The notes under the pieces were generated by a model, which did not search any database, was not told the origin of the DNA, and saw only the letters and a program-made list of their open reading frames with translations. A DNA stretch of 61,869 nt, filler included, from Rhabdomonas costata (lineage: Eukaryota): assembly GCA_019059605.1 (NCBI GenBank). It is 17 parts of 17 records of this genome, joined end to end, with 100 filler letters (N's around TTAATTAATTAA, not from the genome) between each part and the next. Parts side by side here need not be neighbours in the genome. Positions count along the whole stretch, not along the records: positions 36,522 to 40,061 come from JAHMHO010000745.1; positions 40,162 to 43,698 come from JAHMHO010000746.1; positions 43,799 to 47,330 come from JAHMHO010000747.1; positions 47,431 to 50,962 come from JAHMHO010000748.1; 13 more parts are not named here. One strand, written 5' to 3'. Positions 37,318-49,245 of this stretch are shown here, one piece after another. The translations under genes and the position numbers were made by a program. The stretch's first letter is position 1. Every line of letters begins with the position of its first letter.

Positions 37318-39875
37318 CTCCACGGGCACGGACGAGCGAATGGGCGAGGTCATGGGCGAGGGTGCGGCCACAGGACGGGCGCCGCACTGGGTGGCCATTG
37401 CAAGGCTATGTGCCAGCAGTTCCTGCAGGCTGGCCTGCTGTAGGCTGCTCCGCGAATTCTCCTCGAACTGTGCGTCCCCGGTATGCAGGTGGAAAGCCAG
37501 TATGTGTGCGCGCGCGTATGTGTGGGACACTACATCACTGCTTGATGCACGTTCTGCATGCAGGAAAGAATCAAGTCAAAAATATTGAGGGAAAGAGGAG
37601 GAGCGAGCAGACCGAACTGGAACTTCACGGTAATTATGTGGTTTGTTATCAACTCGCCAATATAATCTTCGAGGCAAACAAAGATCTGTGTGATTTTATT
37701 TAGGAATGTTTGCTTCTGGTCGTAACGCTCTCCTAAAGCTCTTCAAAAGGATCTAAGATAGCACTCGTTCCCTTAGGGACAAAGCTCAAACCTGCAAAAG
37801 AAGTGTTTCCTGAAGTTGGAGCAAGTCGGCTCCAGAAGTGCTCGGAACGACCTGCAACAGGGATAGAACCTCACTCACAGCTGCCTCTGTGCTTGCAAGA
37901 AAAGCCCAAAACAAAGTGTGAGAAACGCCGCGCCTAACTGCGACTTCTGAATTGTACTTATGACAAGTGCGTTCGTTTTTCTTTGTGCAACGCCATGAAA
38001 ACACACACGCACAACGGGTGACAAAATACACTGACAATCGTGGTGTGCATATGTTTGAGGTTTATCATATAACACTTGCTTTGGGAGATGACTCGCAGGT
38101 ATTTGGAACTTCTCACCAGTCCTCGAGCATGCCACAGAAATACGACGAAGAAGTTATAATAGTAATCCAACTACGGACAAAACAGCACAGAACTTCACCG
38201 GGGAAAGGTGAATAACCCACTCTCCCTCTCACTTCCTAACCCCCCCACAACCCTCTCTAATTGTGATCAAACGTTGACTAACGGCAGCATACCTTTGGTT
38301 CTGGTACTGCGGGAGAGCAGGCAGCTTGAAGGTCATGTGACTCTAGCACGGTTTGCACCTATGCGAAGGTCGAGCAGATGGCTTCGATGTGGTAAGCTTT
38401 CGGACAGACTGTCATAACATTTGTTGGCGGGCATCATACCTCTGCTTCAAGACCGGCGGTGCTTCCTCCAAAAAACGATACTACACTTCTGTGGCCCCCA
38501 TGAAGCAGCAAATACACCCTTGGAACGCAAAGTTTTTCCAACTCAAAGGGGCAGACGCGATGAAAGTACGAAGAATGGGAGCATGTGCAGAAAATTCCGC
38601 TTCTCCATTGCGTGCGTGTGCGAAAGGCAACAGATCACCGGGAGAGAAACCTTGGCTGCGACGCGCTCCAGCTGCGCCTCACTCAGCACAGAAGAGGACC
38701 CTGCAGCACTGATAGATTGAATCTGCATACAGTACCACCCAGCAAAGACAATATGGAAACAATGCAACCCAAAACCACACAGAAGAAAAAAGGGGAATGG
38801 GGAGGTGTCCGTGTGCACTGCCTTTGACATCAAATTCCACAAATTCCACGAATTGCGCCAGAATGGTCGCAACTTGGTGCAAAGGTTCCCTCCACTTCAC
38901 CCCTTTTCAGTAAATCAGATCCTATTTCCTGGTCTCGGTTGCAGACCTTGCGTTCCAGGGCACTTGCGAGCTTCACGACCTGGTCCTCTCCAGACACCAC
39001 CGAGCACTGAACCTGAGACAGAGCAAACTGCTGAAGAAGCAACGCGCAAAGCTCAAGGCAGGAAAGGGGGGTGGGCGGCTTTTCCCGGCTGAAAGGCAGC
39101 CGATTTGGCAAACAGCTACTACCCAGGACCTGCACTTGGGCAAAAAGCTTCACCCCCCCCCCCGTTAGCAATCGTTTTGGTTTGGGTCTGTTTAAGTTTA
39201 TGTTTAGGTATCAACAAGTGTCTCCTTGAGGATCGCGGCTTCATGAAATGAAAAGCCTGTGCAGGCTAGCAGGGGTCGGACACTGTGAAGAGATTCTGAA
39301 GTCCTAAAAAATTTATTCCATGGAATTTTTGATGCGTGAAAAAACCAAGCGGAGGGCTCACTAGTTCTGGCGCTGACACTGGGGTGATTATGCAGACTGC
39401 TCGGTTCTATCTGCCCCTTTCCAGAATACCTACATTTTTGCCCTAAATTTGGTCCGCAAGTATAGGCAAAATTCTACTTCTCGGATTCCATTAACCTCAG
39501 TGTGTACTGAAATTGTTATAAGGGGGAACACAGGGTCGTGGTGGTGGTGGTGGGGTGAGTCGAGAATTCCGTGCGTCACCTCCCTGGGTGTACTCGAGTG
39601 GGTAGGTGGTGATGAAATTGTAACTCGTAAAAAATATTATTGAAAATTCGCGATGAAAAAGATTCTTATACGAGCAAGTGTGGCACTGGACGGTATTAAT
39701 GCCCATCCCTAGTCAGCGCACCCACCCACCCACCTGCTCGGCCAGCGCTCTCATCTGCGTGGTGAGCTGCTGCCCCGTGCGCGTCGTATGCGCCGAGAGG
39801 CGCTGCAGCATCAGCTCCCGCCGCTCGGCGTCCTGCTGCGCAAACAGCGCCCGCCGCAGCACTTCCTCGGAGCTC
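37318..39875 (-). CDS. Hypothetical multi-exon coiled-coil protein (fragment)
   Basis: Short exons ending in AG|GT at about 39875-39734, 39030-38980, 38710-38652, 37890-37792 and 37462-37318 (EEVLRRALFAQQDAERRELMLQRL..; LSEAQLERVAAK; LLQLQETLLLQ). Confidence 0.5.
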
Positions 39876-40452
39876 TACAAAACCAAATTCAAAAAAGCAG
39901 AAGCAGCGCACTTGTCAATGGGTCTGTGAGAAGCTGGCTTGCTCCAAAGGCACTGGGAGCCCCAAAAGCGGTGGCATTCCGCACTGCTTTGACTCAGATC
40001 GAATTCGGGATTACTTTCCTGACCCCCATAAACGTAAACCCCAAAAACCCCCCAGGACTGCNNNNNNNNNNNNNNNNNNNNNNNNNNNNNNNNNNNNNNN
40101 NNNNNTTAATTAATTAANNNNNNNNNNNNNNNNNNNNNNNNNNNNNNNNNNNNNNNNNNNNGGTGGGTTTTTAACACTGCTTCTGCTTTAGGCCGCTGTT
40201 AAAGAATTGACAAACTGCACCCCTTTCCTACTTTTTCGCGTCACTGTCGTTTCCCACACTGAGGTTATAATTCACTGGTCCGGTCTCACCAGCCCCTCGC
40301 GGTCATTCTTTCGTCACACTCACGCGGTTTTTATCACAGTGGGGACAAGCTTACTACCTATTTACGTGCACCAGATGTGTTTCTTTCGGCTTTATCTTCC
40401 TTCGAAAACGGGAGAATGGAATGACCGCACCCATTACGAAGTGCGGCCCTAG

Positions 40453-43297
40453 ATGCCCGCGGAGCCCTCGAACAGAATGCTCACGATGTGCTCTGTGGTG
40501 TTCAGCGCATTGAGCCTGTTGTGGGTCAGCCATGTATGGCTGCATGCCTTCACCCTGGTACAAACACGGAGAGGGAAGTGGAAGTGGAATTGGAATTTCA
40601 GTGTTCTTGCTTTTTTGAAGAGAAGGTGAAAACTGTGCATCTCGTGAGTAAAATGAATTTCATCAGAATCGTACGGATTTCGACCACTGGTTCGTTTTGG
40701 CGCGAACGCACGCACTCACGCACACACACAGACAGACACGCTCATTCTGATTGTATCGCCAACACGGATGTTATTAACAGTCGTCCGCCCAACCATGAAA
40801 ACCGTTTACGAGCGCACAGTAGTAGCACCCCCCCCCCAAAAAAAACTCCAGAGTTTTCCGAAGTGCCGTTAGCATACCTTTCAATGAACAGCATTCGTGT
40901 GATAGCATCCCTCTGGTGCGAAACCCCTCTGCGTTGGGGAGTGGGTGCTCTTAAGCGCAAGCGACCCATAATCCAGTTGTGGTGTTGCGCAGAGTTTGTT
41001 GACCCCTACAAGAACCTCTACTCCGATCCAGATCGTGGATCCTGCCGCAGCGGAGGGTCCTGAGCTTCGCGTTCCCTTCCCACCTGAAGGTTTCTTGTTA
41101 CCTCAACACCCGACTGCTACTCATTGGACACCTTTCCTTTGCAACGCAAATGGGGAAGTTGAAGTCAAAGCGTTTCCCTTTTGGGCAGAGGCGAAAGCTT
41201 CCCTTCTGCTTTGCCACTCATGAGGGATGGGTTCCTCTTTCAAAGCTTGCTGGAACACCGCTGCTGATTGGACTGGGCACAGCACCACAGGCAACGCCCA
41301 TCAAGGGGACATGAGATGAGAAGATGACAAAAATGGAAGAGCAGTCCAAGGTCTCAGAAAAAGGCAACGCCCTCCCACCGCGAGAATTCTATCCCATTAT
41401 CCCAAACTACTCCAGGACCTTACGGTGATCGCTTGGCGCTGTATTTTCAGCTCTTCTGCCTGCCGAGCTGCCTGGGGTGGAGGAGCCTCTCTCCGATGGG
41501 CCCCCCCGGTGGCAGAACCCCTTGCTGGCGGGATGCGTGCCGGTGTACCCCGAGAGCGAGGCGGTGGTATCTTCCCTTCGGGTGGTTGGGGCCCACCCCG
41601 AGGTCCGCCACAACGTGCTGCTGCGGAACCACCCTCGGCCTCAGGACTGTGTTCGAGCGGGCTGGAAATGGCGAGGTCCCCCCCCCCATGTCTCCCAACG
41701 CACAGGCCAGTCTTCCCGGTGTTTGGTTGGGGATGTGGTTGGGGACGTGGAAGCCTCGCTCCGCTCCGTTCCTGATGCGAAGGATATCAAACGCTCCCGT
41801 GAGGGTGCGATGGTCGCTTGCATTGGGATTACTGAAGAAGAAATTCAGGCATGAAGATAATGAGCAGAGGTAGCAAGAAACCTCCCGGGTAGTGCCGCTT
41901 TGCCTGGGTGCATATCTCGCACCTTCTCACGAAGTAAAAAAATATGAGAAAGGTGGGGAGGTACGCCACCGCTAGGGAGGTCCGCAGCTCGACACGATGG
42001 CAGGTAGGGGATTGGCACAAAGCCCTGAAAGTGACCATTGCAAGCCAGTAAGGATCACCTTATAACCCTCTCCATTGCCAACAGGTAACAGGTATAGGAA
42101 GTAAACCGGAAACTTGCCCCTAACACCCATAAATGGCCCCCCAAAAATGGTCCGCTAATGTCCGCCAGGGCAGCTCAGCCAGGTAGCTGTTCGTAGAAAG
42201 CTCTGCTTCGGTAGGCGAGCCGGCTCCTGCGGGCCCGGCGGTGCCCTGACGTCGTGCAATGGCCTCAGCTATGGCTGCCATACTCTGCAGAGGGACCAGC
42301 GCCGCGAATCTTTCTGGGGTTAACCTTCAACCTGGAGGTGGCCGTGCTGCTGCTAAGCCTGCGGGAGCTGCACGCTACGGTGGACTTCTTTGTCGTCGTG
42401 GAGAGCGCATTCATGAATAGCGGGCTGCCAAAGCCGCTGTATTACGACCAGGTGCACAAAGGACCCCGCCCCCCTCCGCACTCTCGCACACCTTCCTTCT
42501 TATGTGGCGCAATGTGTTTTTTGCGGCACATCGGAAAAAATGCGCTAAGACCCCTTCGTGTCCACTGCAACGATGGATGGATGCCATTTTGATATTCGCT
42601 CTCCATCTTTTAGGCTTTTCTCCTCAGTCGTTGTTTGTTTTTGAGTGCATTGACCTCTTTCCTCAGGTGAAGAACACTACGGACTTTCTCCCTTTCCGAG
42701 ACCAAGTGATTCATGTGCCGCTGGTGTGCAAGGGGTGTGGGTCGGGCTCTCGTGTCCTTTCTTCCAACCCAAACCTTGTCCTGCTCTGATACCGATTTGC
42801 TTCAAGCAAAAATTTGACTCCTAAACAAAATCGGATGCCCGCTCACATTGGTCCACCTTCAGAAGCCGACCATCTATTGATTGATGTGTGAGTGTTGTTC
42901 GAACAGTAGGTGATTGGTCCGGTAGCGCTTGGCTCCTCAGATAACGGTGGTTTTTACTAACGTACACGTGGTTATACTTATACGGTGGTTTTTCAAGGAC
43001 CCCGAGAACCCCAACTGTGGCTGTGCGATGGTTTTAAGTTCTTTCTGCGTTCCGTGCAGACAAAGCCGCCGCAGGGCAGCGCCCGTCAGCATCTGAAGCT
43101 ACAACGCCAGCAGGTTGTCCGTGCTGCGCTGGCGCACAGCACAGACCCCAAGCGCGACCTTATCGTGCTGGCGGACTGCGACGAGGTGCCCAAGCCTCCT
43201 GCGCTGGCCATGCTGAAGGCTTGTGATGGTATAACTAGGCCGAGGTTTTTGCAAAGAAGGCACTTTCACCGTTTTACCATGAACCTGGTGCCACAAG
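40453..43297 (+). CDS. Glycosyltransferase family 17 (MGAT3-like beta-1,4-GlcNAc transferase), type II membrane protein, 3'-partial
   Basis: N-terminal hydrophobic exon at 40453. Catalytic exons at about 42291-42451 (FNLEVAVLLLSLREL..VDFFVVVES..SGLPKPLYY), about 42668-42735 and about 43060-43296 (DLIVLADCDEVPKP.AL..LKACD). Linkage of the 5' exons is inferred. Confidence 0.85.
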
Positions 43298-43900
43298 TGG
43301 CAGAACGGTCCTCAGAGCTTCTCGGCAGCTGCTTTGAAACCAATTGTCAATCATCACAACCTTTCGTTTGTTGCTCCTTTACTTGGGTGGGTTCCAGCAG
43401 TTAGCTGGATTGCGGCGCCGTGACTTTCATTGTTTTTAAAACCGGCTATACTCTCTCTCTCTCTCTCTCTCGCATTCATATAGGCTTGCCCCCAATTACC
43501 AAGATTTCATCATTGATGATTGAGACCGATAATAAAAGCAAAAGCAGAAAAAAACGAAAAGCCCAACGAGCTGGCGCCACACTTCCTGCTTCTGATTTAC
43601 GACCCGACTTTTCCAAGGCGGAGGAGGGCGGGTCAAAGTTTGCTTAGCTGTCAGGGGATGTGAGGAGAAGACAAACTTTCAGGTTAGGACCCAACCCCNN
43701 NNNNNNNNNNNNNNNNNNNNNNNNNNNNNNNNNNNNNNNNNNTTAATTAATTAANNNNNNNNNNNNNNNNNNNNNNNNNNNNNNNNNNNNNNNNNNNNTT
43801 TTTGGGGGGGGGGGGCATCTTTGAGTTTATGTTTTCGCTCTCCTTGAAACCGCATTTGAAGCGGACAACCGCACTTTCTTTCCCTTCTTTATTTTTCCAG

Positions 43901-45200
43901 GCTTACACCCCCACGTTTGAGGATGAGGGTTCCTGCCTGCGTGCGGAAGTTCTTTCCTACATTGGAGGTTGTGCACCGAGCACTGTCAATCGGGGGTGGG
44001 GTGGGGGAACATCTTCCAGCAATCAGAAGGACACTAATCACCACCGTTCTTCTTCCGCGCACGTGCGCGATTTTGCTGTACAGGTCAGTTCGAGGCTCTG
44101 GTGTTCGACATAACCGAGCCTATATCCCGTGGTATGTCATTTCTGACTTGTACGCGTGGACGCCCAAACCCGGTCATCCTTGGGGTGAATTAATGAGTGA
44201 ACATGTTTGAGTGGGTGCAGATTTGCGGACTTCAAGATCTGACTGTACGATTGGGTTTACTACCGGGTTTGTACCGGGGTTTTGTGTGTGCCCATAGGCG
44301 TTCCGAAGGCTTTGGCGCTTGAGTCTGACGCGCCACCGCAACAAGGGTTACCTGTTAAGGTGCTCTCCTTCTCTGTGCTACTTGCAACTGTTGGAAGAGC
44401 AACCCTTTGACGTAATTTGGGGCGGGAGGGGGCAGGTTTCTACAAGATACTCTGGAGGCCAAGATGGAAGCAGCACTTTTCAGTATGCCCGTTGAGCGCT
44501 ACACCCACACAATATGCGATCTTCAGATGCGATCCTCAGCATTTTAATTTGCTTGTGTCATATTCCTTCGTTGGTTTTGCATGCTGGTTTTGTTAGGAAT
44601 GTGTTTTGGATTGCTCTTCAGCTCTCCTAATTTGCTTTTCTGGTTTGGAGCATTTTACGCGGACTGAGTACGTTGCCTGTTTTTGCAGGTGGTTTCGGAA
44701 CTTGGCTGATGGAAAGCCTCCCGTCGGTCTGGAAACGGATCCCCTGTCCAACTCGTACACCCCCACAGAACAGGACGTGGGCTACCCTCTGCGAAGTGGT
44801 GTGCCTGTTCTTCTGTCGATCATTGTGTTGCCCTTTGACAGGTCTTCTCTCCTTTCTGTCGTGGCAGTGGTGAAGTCTTCGCATTTGTGACTTCCAGTCG
44901 ATAGTCCGCCTCAATGTTCGTCAGAGATGAAGAATTGACAAACTGCATGGGGTCAGTGCGAAAAACGTCGAAAAACGTCGAACGCAATGTTTGGAGTCCC
45001 CCGTCTTTTCTGTGGACCTGAGTCCCGTGGCATTGTTGTGGAAGTTGTAGATTTCAACTCCTCCGACCTTTTCGTTGTTAGTGTTGTAATCCTCTTGTTT
45101 CTCTTATTTGCAGATGTACAGATGGTACACCCCTTGCCGCTCTGACGGCGTCACAGGGGAACCTCTTGAGGCGACCTCTGCCGTTGTTGTGCCGTGGTAG
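43901..45200 (+). CDS. AIR9-like microtubule-associated protein, C-terminal A9 (Ig-like) repeats
   Basis: Exons at about 43901-43967, 44084-44131, 44298-44359, 44436-44482, 44689-44800 and 45114-45200 give YTPTFEDEGSCLRAEV..YSGGQDGSSTFQWFR..SYTPTEQDVGYPLR..YTPCRSDGVTGEP*. Confidence 0.8.
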
Positions 45201-45870
45201 TTGCAAACTTCTATGAAAAACTGCTACAAAGCCGATTTCAACAAAAAAAAGATTACAAGGTGGCGGCTAAGAGCACTGAGAGAACATGCAAAAACATACT
45301 GGAATTCTGGGCATGTTTTAGGGATTTTGGATAGCCAATAAGATGGGTTGTGAGGTCGAACAAAAATGGATTTTGTGGGCACGCAATTATTCCCCGATGA
45401 AAAAGCCACATCCGATATATTTGCAGAAAAGGGACAGATTTTGTGAGAAAGCAAACTTCAGTAAAGGTGCAGCGGGTCACATTTTGGTGCGCAATAGCGC
45501 ATAAAGCAAGTATCTTCCAATTTTCGCGAAATAAAGTCTCATCATGTTATCACTAGCGACGTTTTACTCCAAGACAGCGCACAACAGGATTAATCGAAGT
45601 AAAACAGCAAATGGGATTGAAGGGTTATTCATGGGCAGCAGTTCGCCGACTTTCTACAGACTTGGGAATCCGGAATCTAAACACGGCCGTGCCATTCTGT
45701 GCCCGCAGACAGAAAGGGCTAGAATAGGCCCACCTGGAAGGACCCCATAGCAACATTGAATGCAAAAACTGCTGCCCCACAACTGAGGCAAAACTGAAAG
45801 AACTGTAAGCACTTATATGGCGGAGGAGGGGAAGGAGGACGCGCCGGGTGGGTGGGTACGGATACATTAC

Positions 45871-45984
45871 CAATGCAACACTCCGTGTCGGTGCACATCG
45901 AGATGTTGCACACCGCGCTGGCATTGTGGAGCGAGTACCCTGCTGGGCAGCTGTAGTTGCTGCCGCAGGTGGGACCCATCTTAT
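45871..45984 (-). CDS. Single type-A cysteine-rich module exon
   Basis: 114-nt phase 1-1 exon, KMGPTCGSNYSCPAGYSLHNASAVCNISMCTDTECCI, with the same 6-Cys pattern as the type-A exons at 22.8-24.3 kb and 34.8-36.3 kb. Confidence 0.85.
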
Positions 45985-47649
45985 CTGCGCATTACAACCC
46001 CATTAACAAAGCGACATCAGCGGGAGGGATGCACATTCCCCACTCGCAGCAATCCCTTGGCTTCGGCATTACTGAGCGGTGACCCTACACCCCCTTCATT
46101 CCGGGACTGAGAGGGCCAGACAGCTGACAGTTCTATTGTTTGTTGGTTTCCCTCGTGGTTTTCCTCGTCATTGTCCCGCCTCGGCAGCTCTAGCTAACGA
46201 CCAAGCCGGCAGCCCACTGAATGGCTACAGCGGCGGCTCTTCAACACATGAAGCGCGTGGCCATCCCAGATATTACCACAGCGTGCGTATCTTCTTCCAG
46301 CCTGCCTGGAAACCTTCCCCCACTGTGCACTGCCATCAACGCAGCAGTCGAGTCGTTGCACTGGGCCTAAAATCGCGCGTGCACGGAGCTGCCTTGCTGG
46401 GCCGCAGTGGGTTCAACTATTACTCTTTCCCAGAAGGAAACCCGAGAGCTCCACTGACTCAGTACAAAAATTCCTGGCTGAGTATCCATACCCTAACAGC
46501 CGGACTAGAGAAGCAATCATATCGCGACCTGGCACACGCGTCGGGACTGGAGAACAAGGGGACAAGAAGCGGTTCGCAGCGAACCACGCTTCAAACGACC
46601 TGGGCGGCTAGATATCGATAAAAAACAACCCTTCTCCATTGTTCCTTTGTCCTTTCGTGGGCGTCCCTCTGTTTGGATCTGAGCAGAGAGCTGACTCCCT
46701 CCATCCCAGAAGCGCGCAAAGTCAAAAGCTGTTGGGAAACGCTGGGCGTTGCCGATGTGCTAACTAATGCGAAATTCAATTTTTGGCATTGCTGGAAGAC
46801 CCAAAAGTCACCGTATGTTAAGCAGGCCCCAGCCGAAAGTTTGGGCTCCGTATGCAGGCCTGCCAAGGGCTGCAAACAGCACCCAGGGCATTGTAAATGA
46901 GGCGAATGAGTCGAAAAGGCGCTAAAAGGCCCAAAATGACCCTTCAGAATGTCACACCTGAACGTAGAGATGCATCCAGAGGCTGGGAAGCTGCCAGTAA
47001 AATCAACTCAGAAGAACTACCAATGGGCCCCAACCGGCGAGTTTTTCCTCATGTTATACTACCCGCGGCAGGTTCTCCGGTCCAGTCCGATTCCCTCCGC
47101 AGGGCGTCCATGTGGGAAGAGAACCCAGCAAATTGGTTGAATATTTGAACCGAATTAGTCCCACCACCCTCTCCCATTTCAGGGGCATGTGCGGAGGCAC
47201 CTCGAGGAGGATAGATGAATGCTGAATAAAGACCTCAGAAAGAAAGAAAAATTATACAAGTCAAAAGCACAGAACATCACTGCCGTATGCCGTAGTGGCC
47301 CGAAATGGGAGAGGGTGGTGGGACCAACCCNNNNNNNNNNNNNNNNNNNNNNNNNNNNNNNNNNNNNNNNNNNNTTAATTAATTAANNNNNNNNNNNNNN
47401 NNNNNNNNNNNNNNNNNNNNNNNNNNNNNNTTGTGTGTTGCCCTTCCGCGTCCTGCCTTGAAAAGGTCAGGTCAGCAGTTTTAATGTCAGTGATTCACAT
47501 TGCGGAGTATTACGATATAGCAGGAGACAAAAGGGAAGCGCTGTCAAGGTTTGCGGAGAGTATGCATTAGCTCGAGCTCCAGGCAAGGGACACTTGGTTA
47601 CTTCATGTTCGCCTGACAGGATCGCATAAGGGGGCAGCGGGCCAACAAG

Positions 47650-48593
47650 TTTCCTGTGACGGGGGAATGGTATGATGCCATCCGGGCGCAGTTTGATGCA
47701 CTGGTCAATTTCCACGCCTTCCGAGACCATCTGCTCTCCCAGAAGTCGGGGTCAGGGTGCCCCGCTGTGATGGAGCTTGCTACCACTGCTGCCGACACCC
47801 TGGACAAGATCCTCGAGCAGGCTCTGGCTAGCAATGCCACCCGCGAGAATGTCGAGCATTTGGTGTACCAGGCCACGGTGCTGCGCCTAGAGACAGACCT
47901 GCGGGTGGCGATGGCGATCGTGGAGGAGCGGGCCTCATCCAGCGAAATGGCTCAGGTTTTGATCCGTCACTTCAGTCTTGTCTTATCTTTCGCTTCACCT
48001 GCCGCTGTTTCGTTACCTTGCGCTGAACCGTGGACCTTGCGCCGTACTACTGTCACAATGACACGTCATCGTTTTATCAGCATGCTTGTGTGCAGTGATT
48101 GTGCTTACAGAAGATTACACCATCCTGCTGACCGACCCTTTGCGTTTAGAATGGCTGGTTTTTGTCCTCTGTCAACTTTCTCCCAGCAGCTTCTTTGTTT
48201 TGCATCCAGGATCTCCGGTCCGCCCTGGATCGCTTTCTAGTAGTCTCGCAAGCGATGATTCCCGCCAGCGAGCTCACCCAATGGGAGGCCGAGGTTGTGG
48301 ACCTGTGCAAGGCCGTGAATTCCCCACCCACCCCGCAAGAGCTGCGGCAGATTCACGAGGCCCTTGGGCTGGGCAAGGGCCACTGGTTCAAGTGCCCCAA
48401 TGGCCACTTCTTTGTCATTGGGGACTGTGGAGGAGCGATGGAAGTGGGGCGGTGCAACGAGTGCCACGCCCAAATTGGGGGCACAGACCACAGCCTGAGG
48501 TTCGGCCGCCACACTGGAGAGATTGATGGGAGCGCCCATGCCGCCTGGAGCCAGGAGGCGAACCTCGCCCTGGGGGGACTGGCCCACTTTTGA
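47650..48593 (+). CDS. ZNFX1-like protein C-terminus with RZ-type zinc finger
   Basis: Exons 47650-47955 and 48210-48593. GHWFKCPNGHFFVIGDCGGAMEVGRCNECHAQIGGTDH followed by EIDGSAHAAWS matches the ZNFX1/RNF213 RZ finger and the ZNFX1-type tail. Confidence 0.88.
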
Positions 48594-49245
48594 ACAATTC
48601 ACGTTAATAGTGACCCAGGGACCCGGGAATGCAGATTTCGATGAAGCGGAGCTAGTAAAAGTATATATGCTCTTTTCCTAGGCCTTTATTTTGGCCCTCT
48701 TGCGTTGCCAATACCCTTTGGGATTTTTTATCGAGAAGGAAGAAATTGTGTTGCCTGGATGGCACACTGCTCACTTGCACTGTTCGCGTGCCCAGTCGCT
48801 TTTTCATGGGTTTGCCTGTTCTTATGCAGCAATGAGGGATTCATTGATTCAAGCAAGTGATTCGCAGGAGGTTAGGTGGCGATGCATGGTTTGGAAACAT
48901 GGTTTTCCTGGATGATTGGGCCGCTTCGCCCAGCGGGGCTGTTGTAGTGATTTGTCTTGAGGAATTGCACCCATTTCTCTGGTGAAATAGTTTGTGCCCG
49001 GTTTTAACATTTTAGGGAGTAAGGTTTGCGTTTTTGTGTGCTTCTGTGGGGTGCTGTTGTTCCACCTTCACCCCATACTCACCGAACGTTGAGAAAATAT
49101 AGGGGAAGAGTTACGAATCGGAACATTCGATAACAGCCAAAACGGTTATCCACAAGCTGTCTCGCAAGCCATTTGCTCAATGGCAACAGCCCGATCATGG
49201 CCCTAGGGATTCTGAGGGGACCGCGGGTAGTTTTTCGAATCAAAC

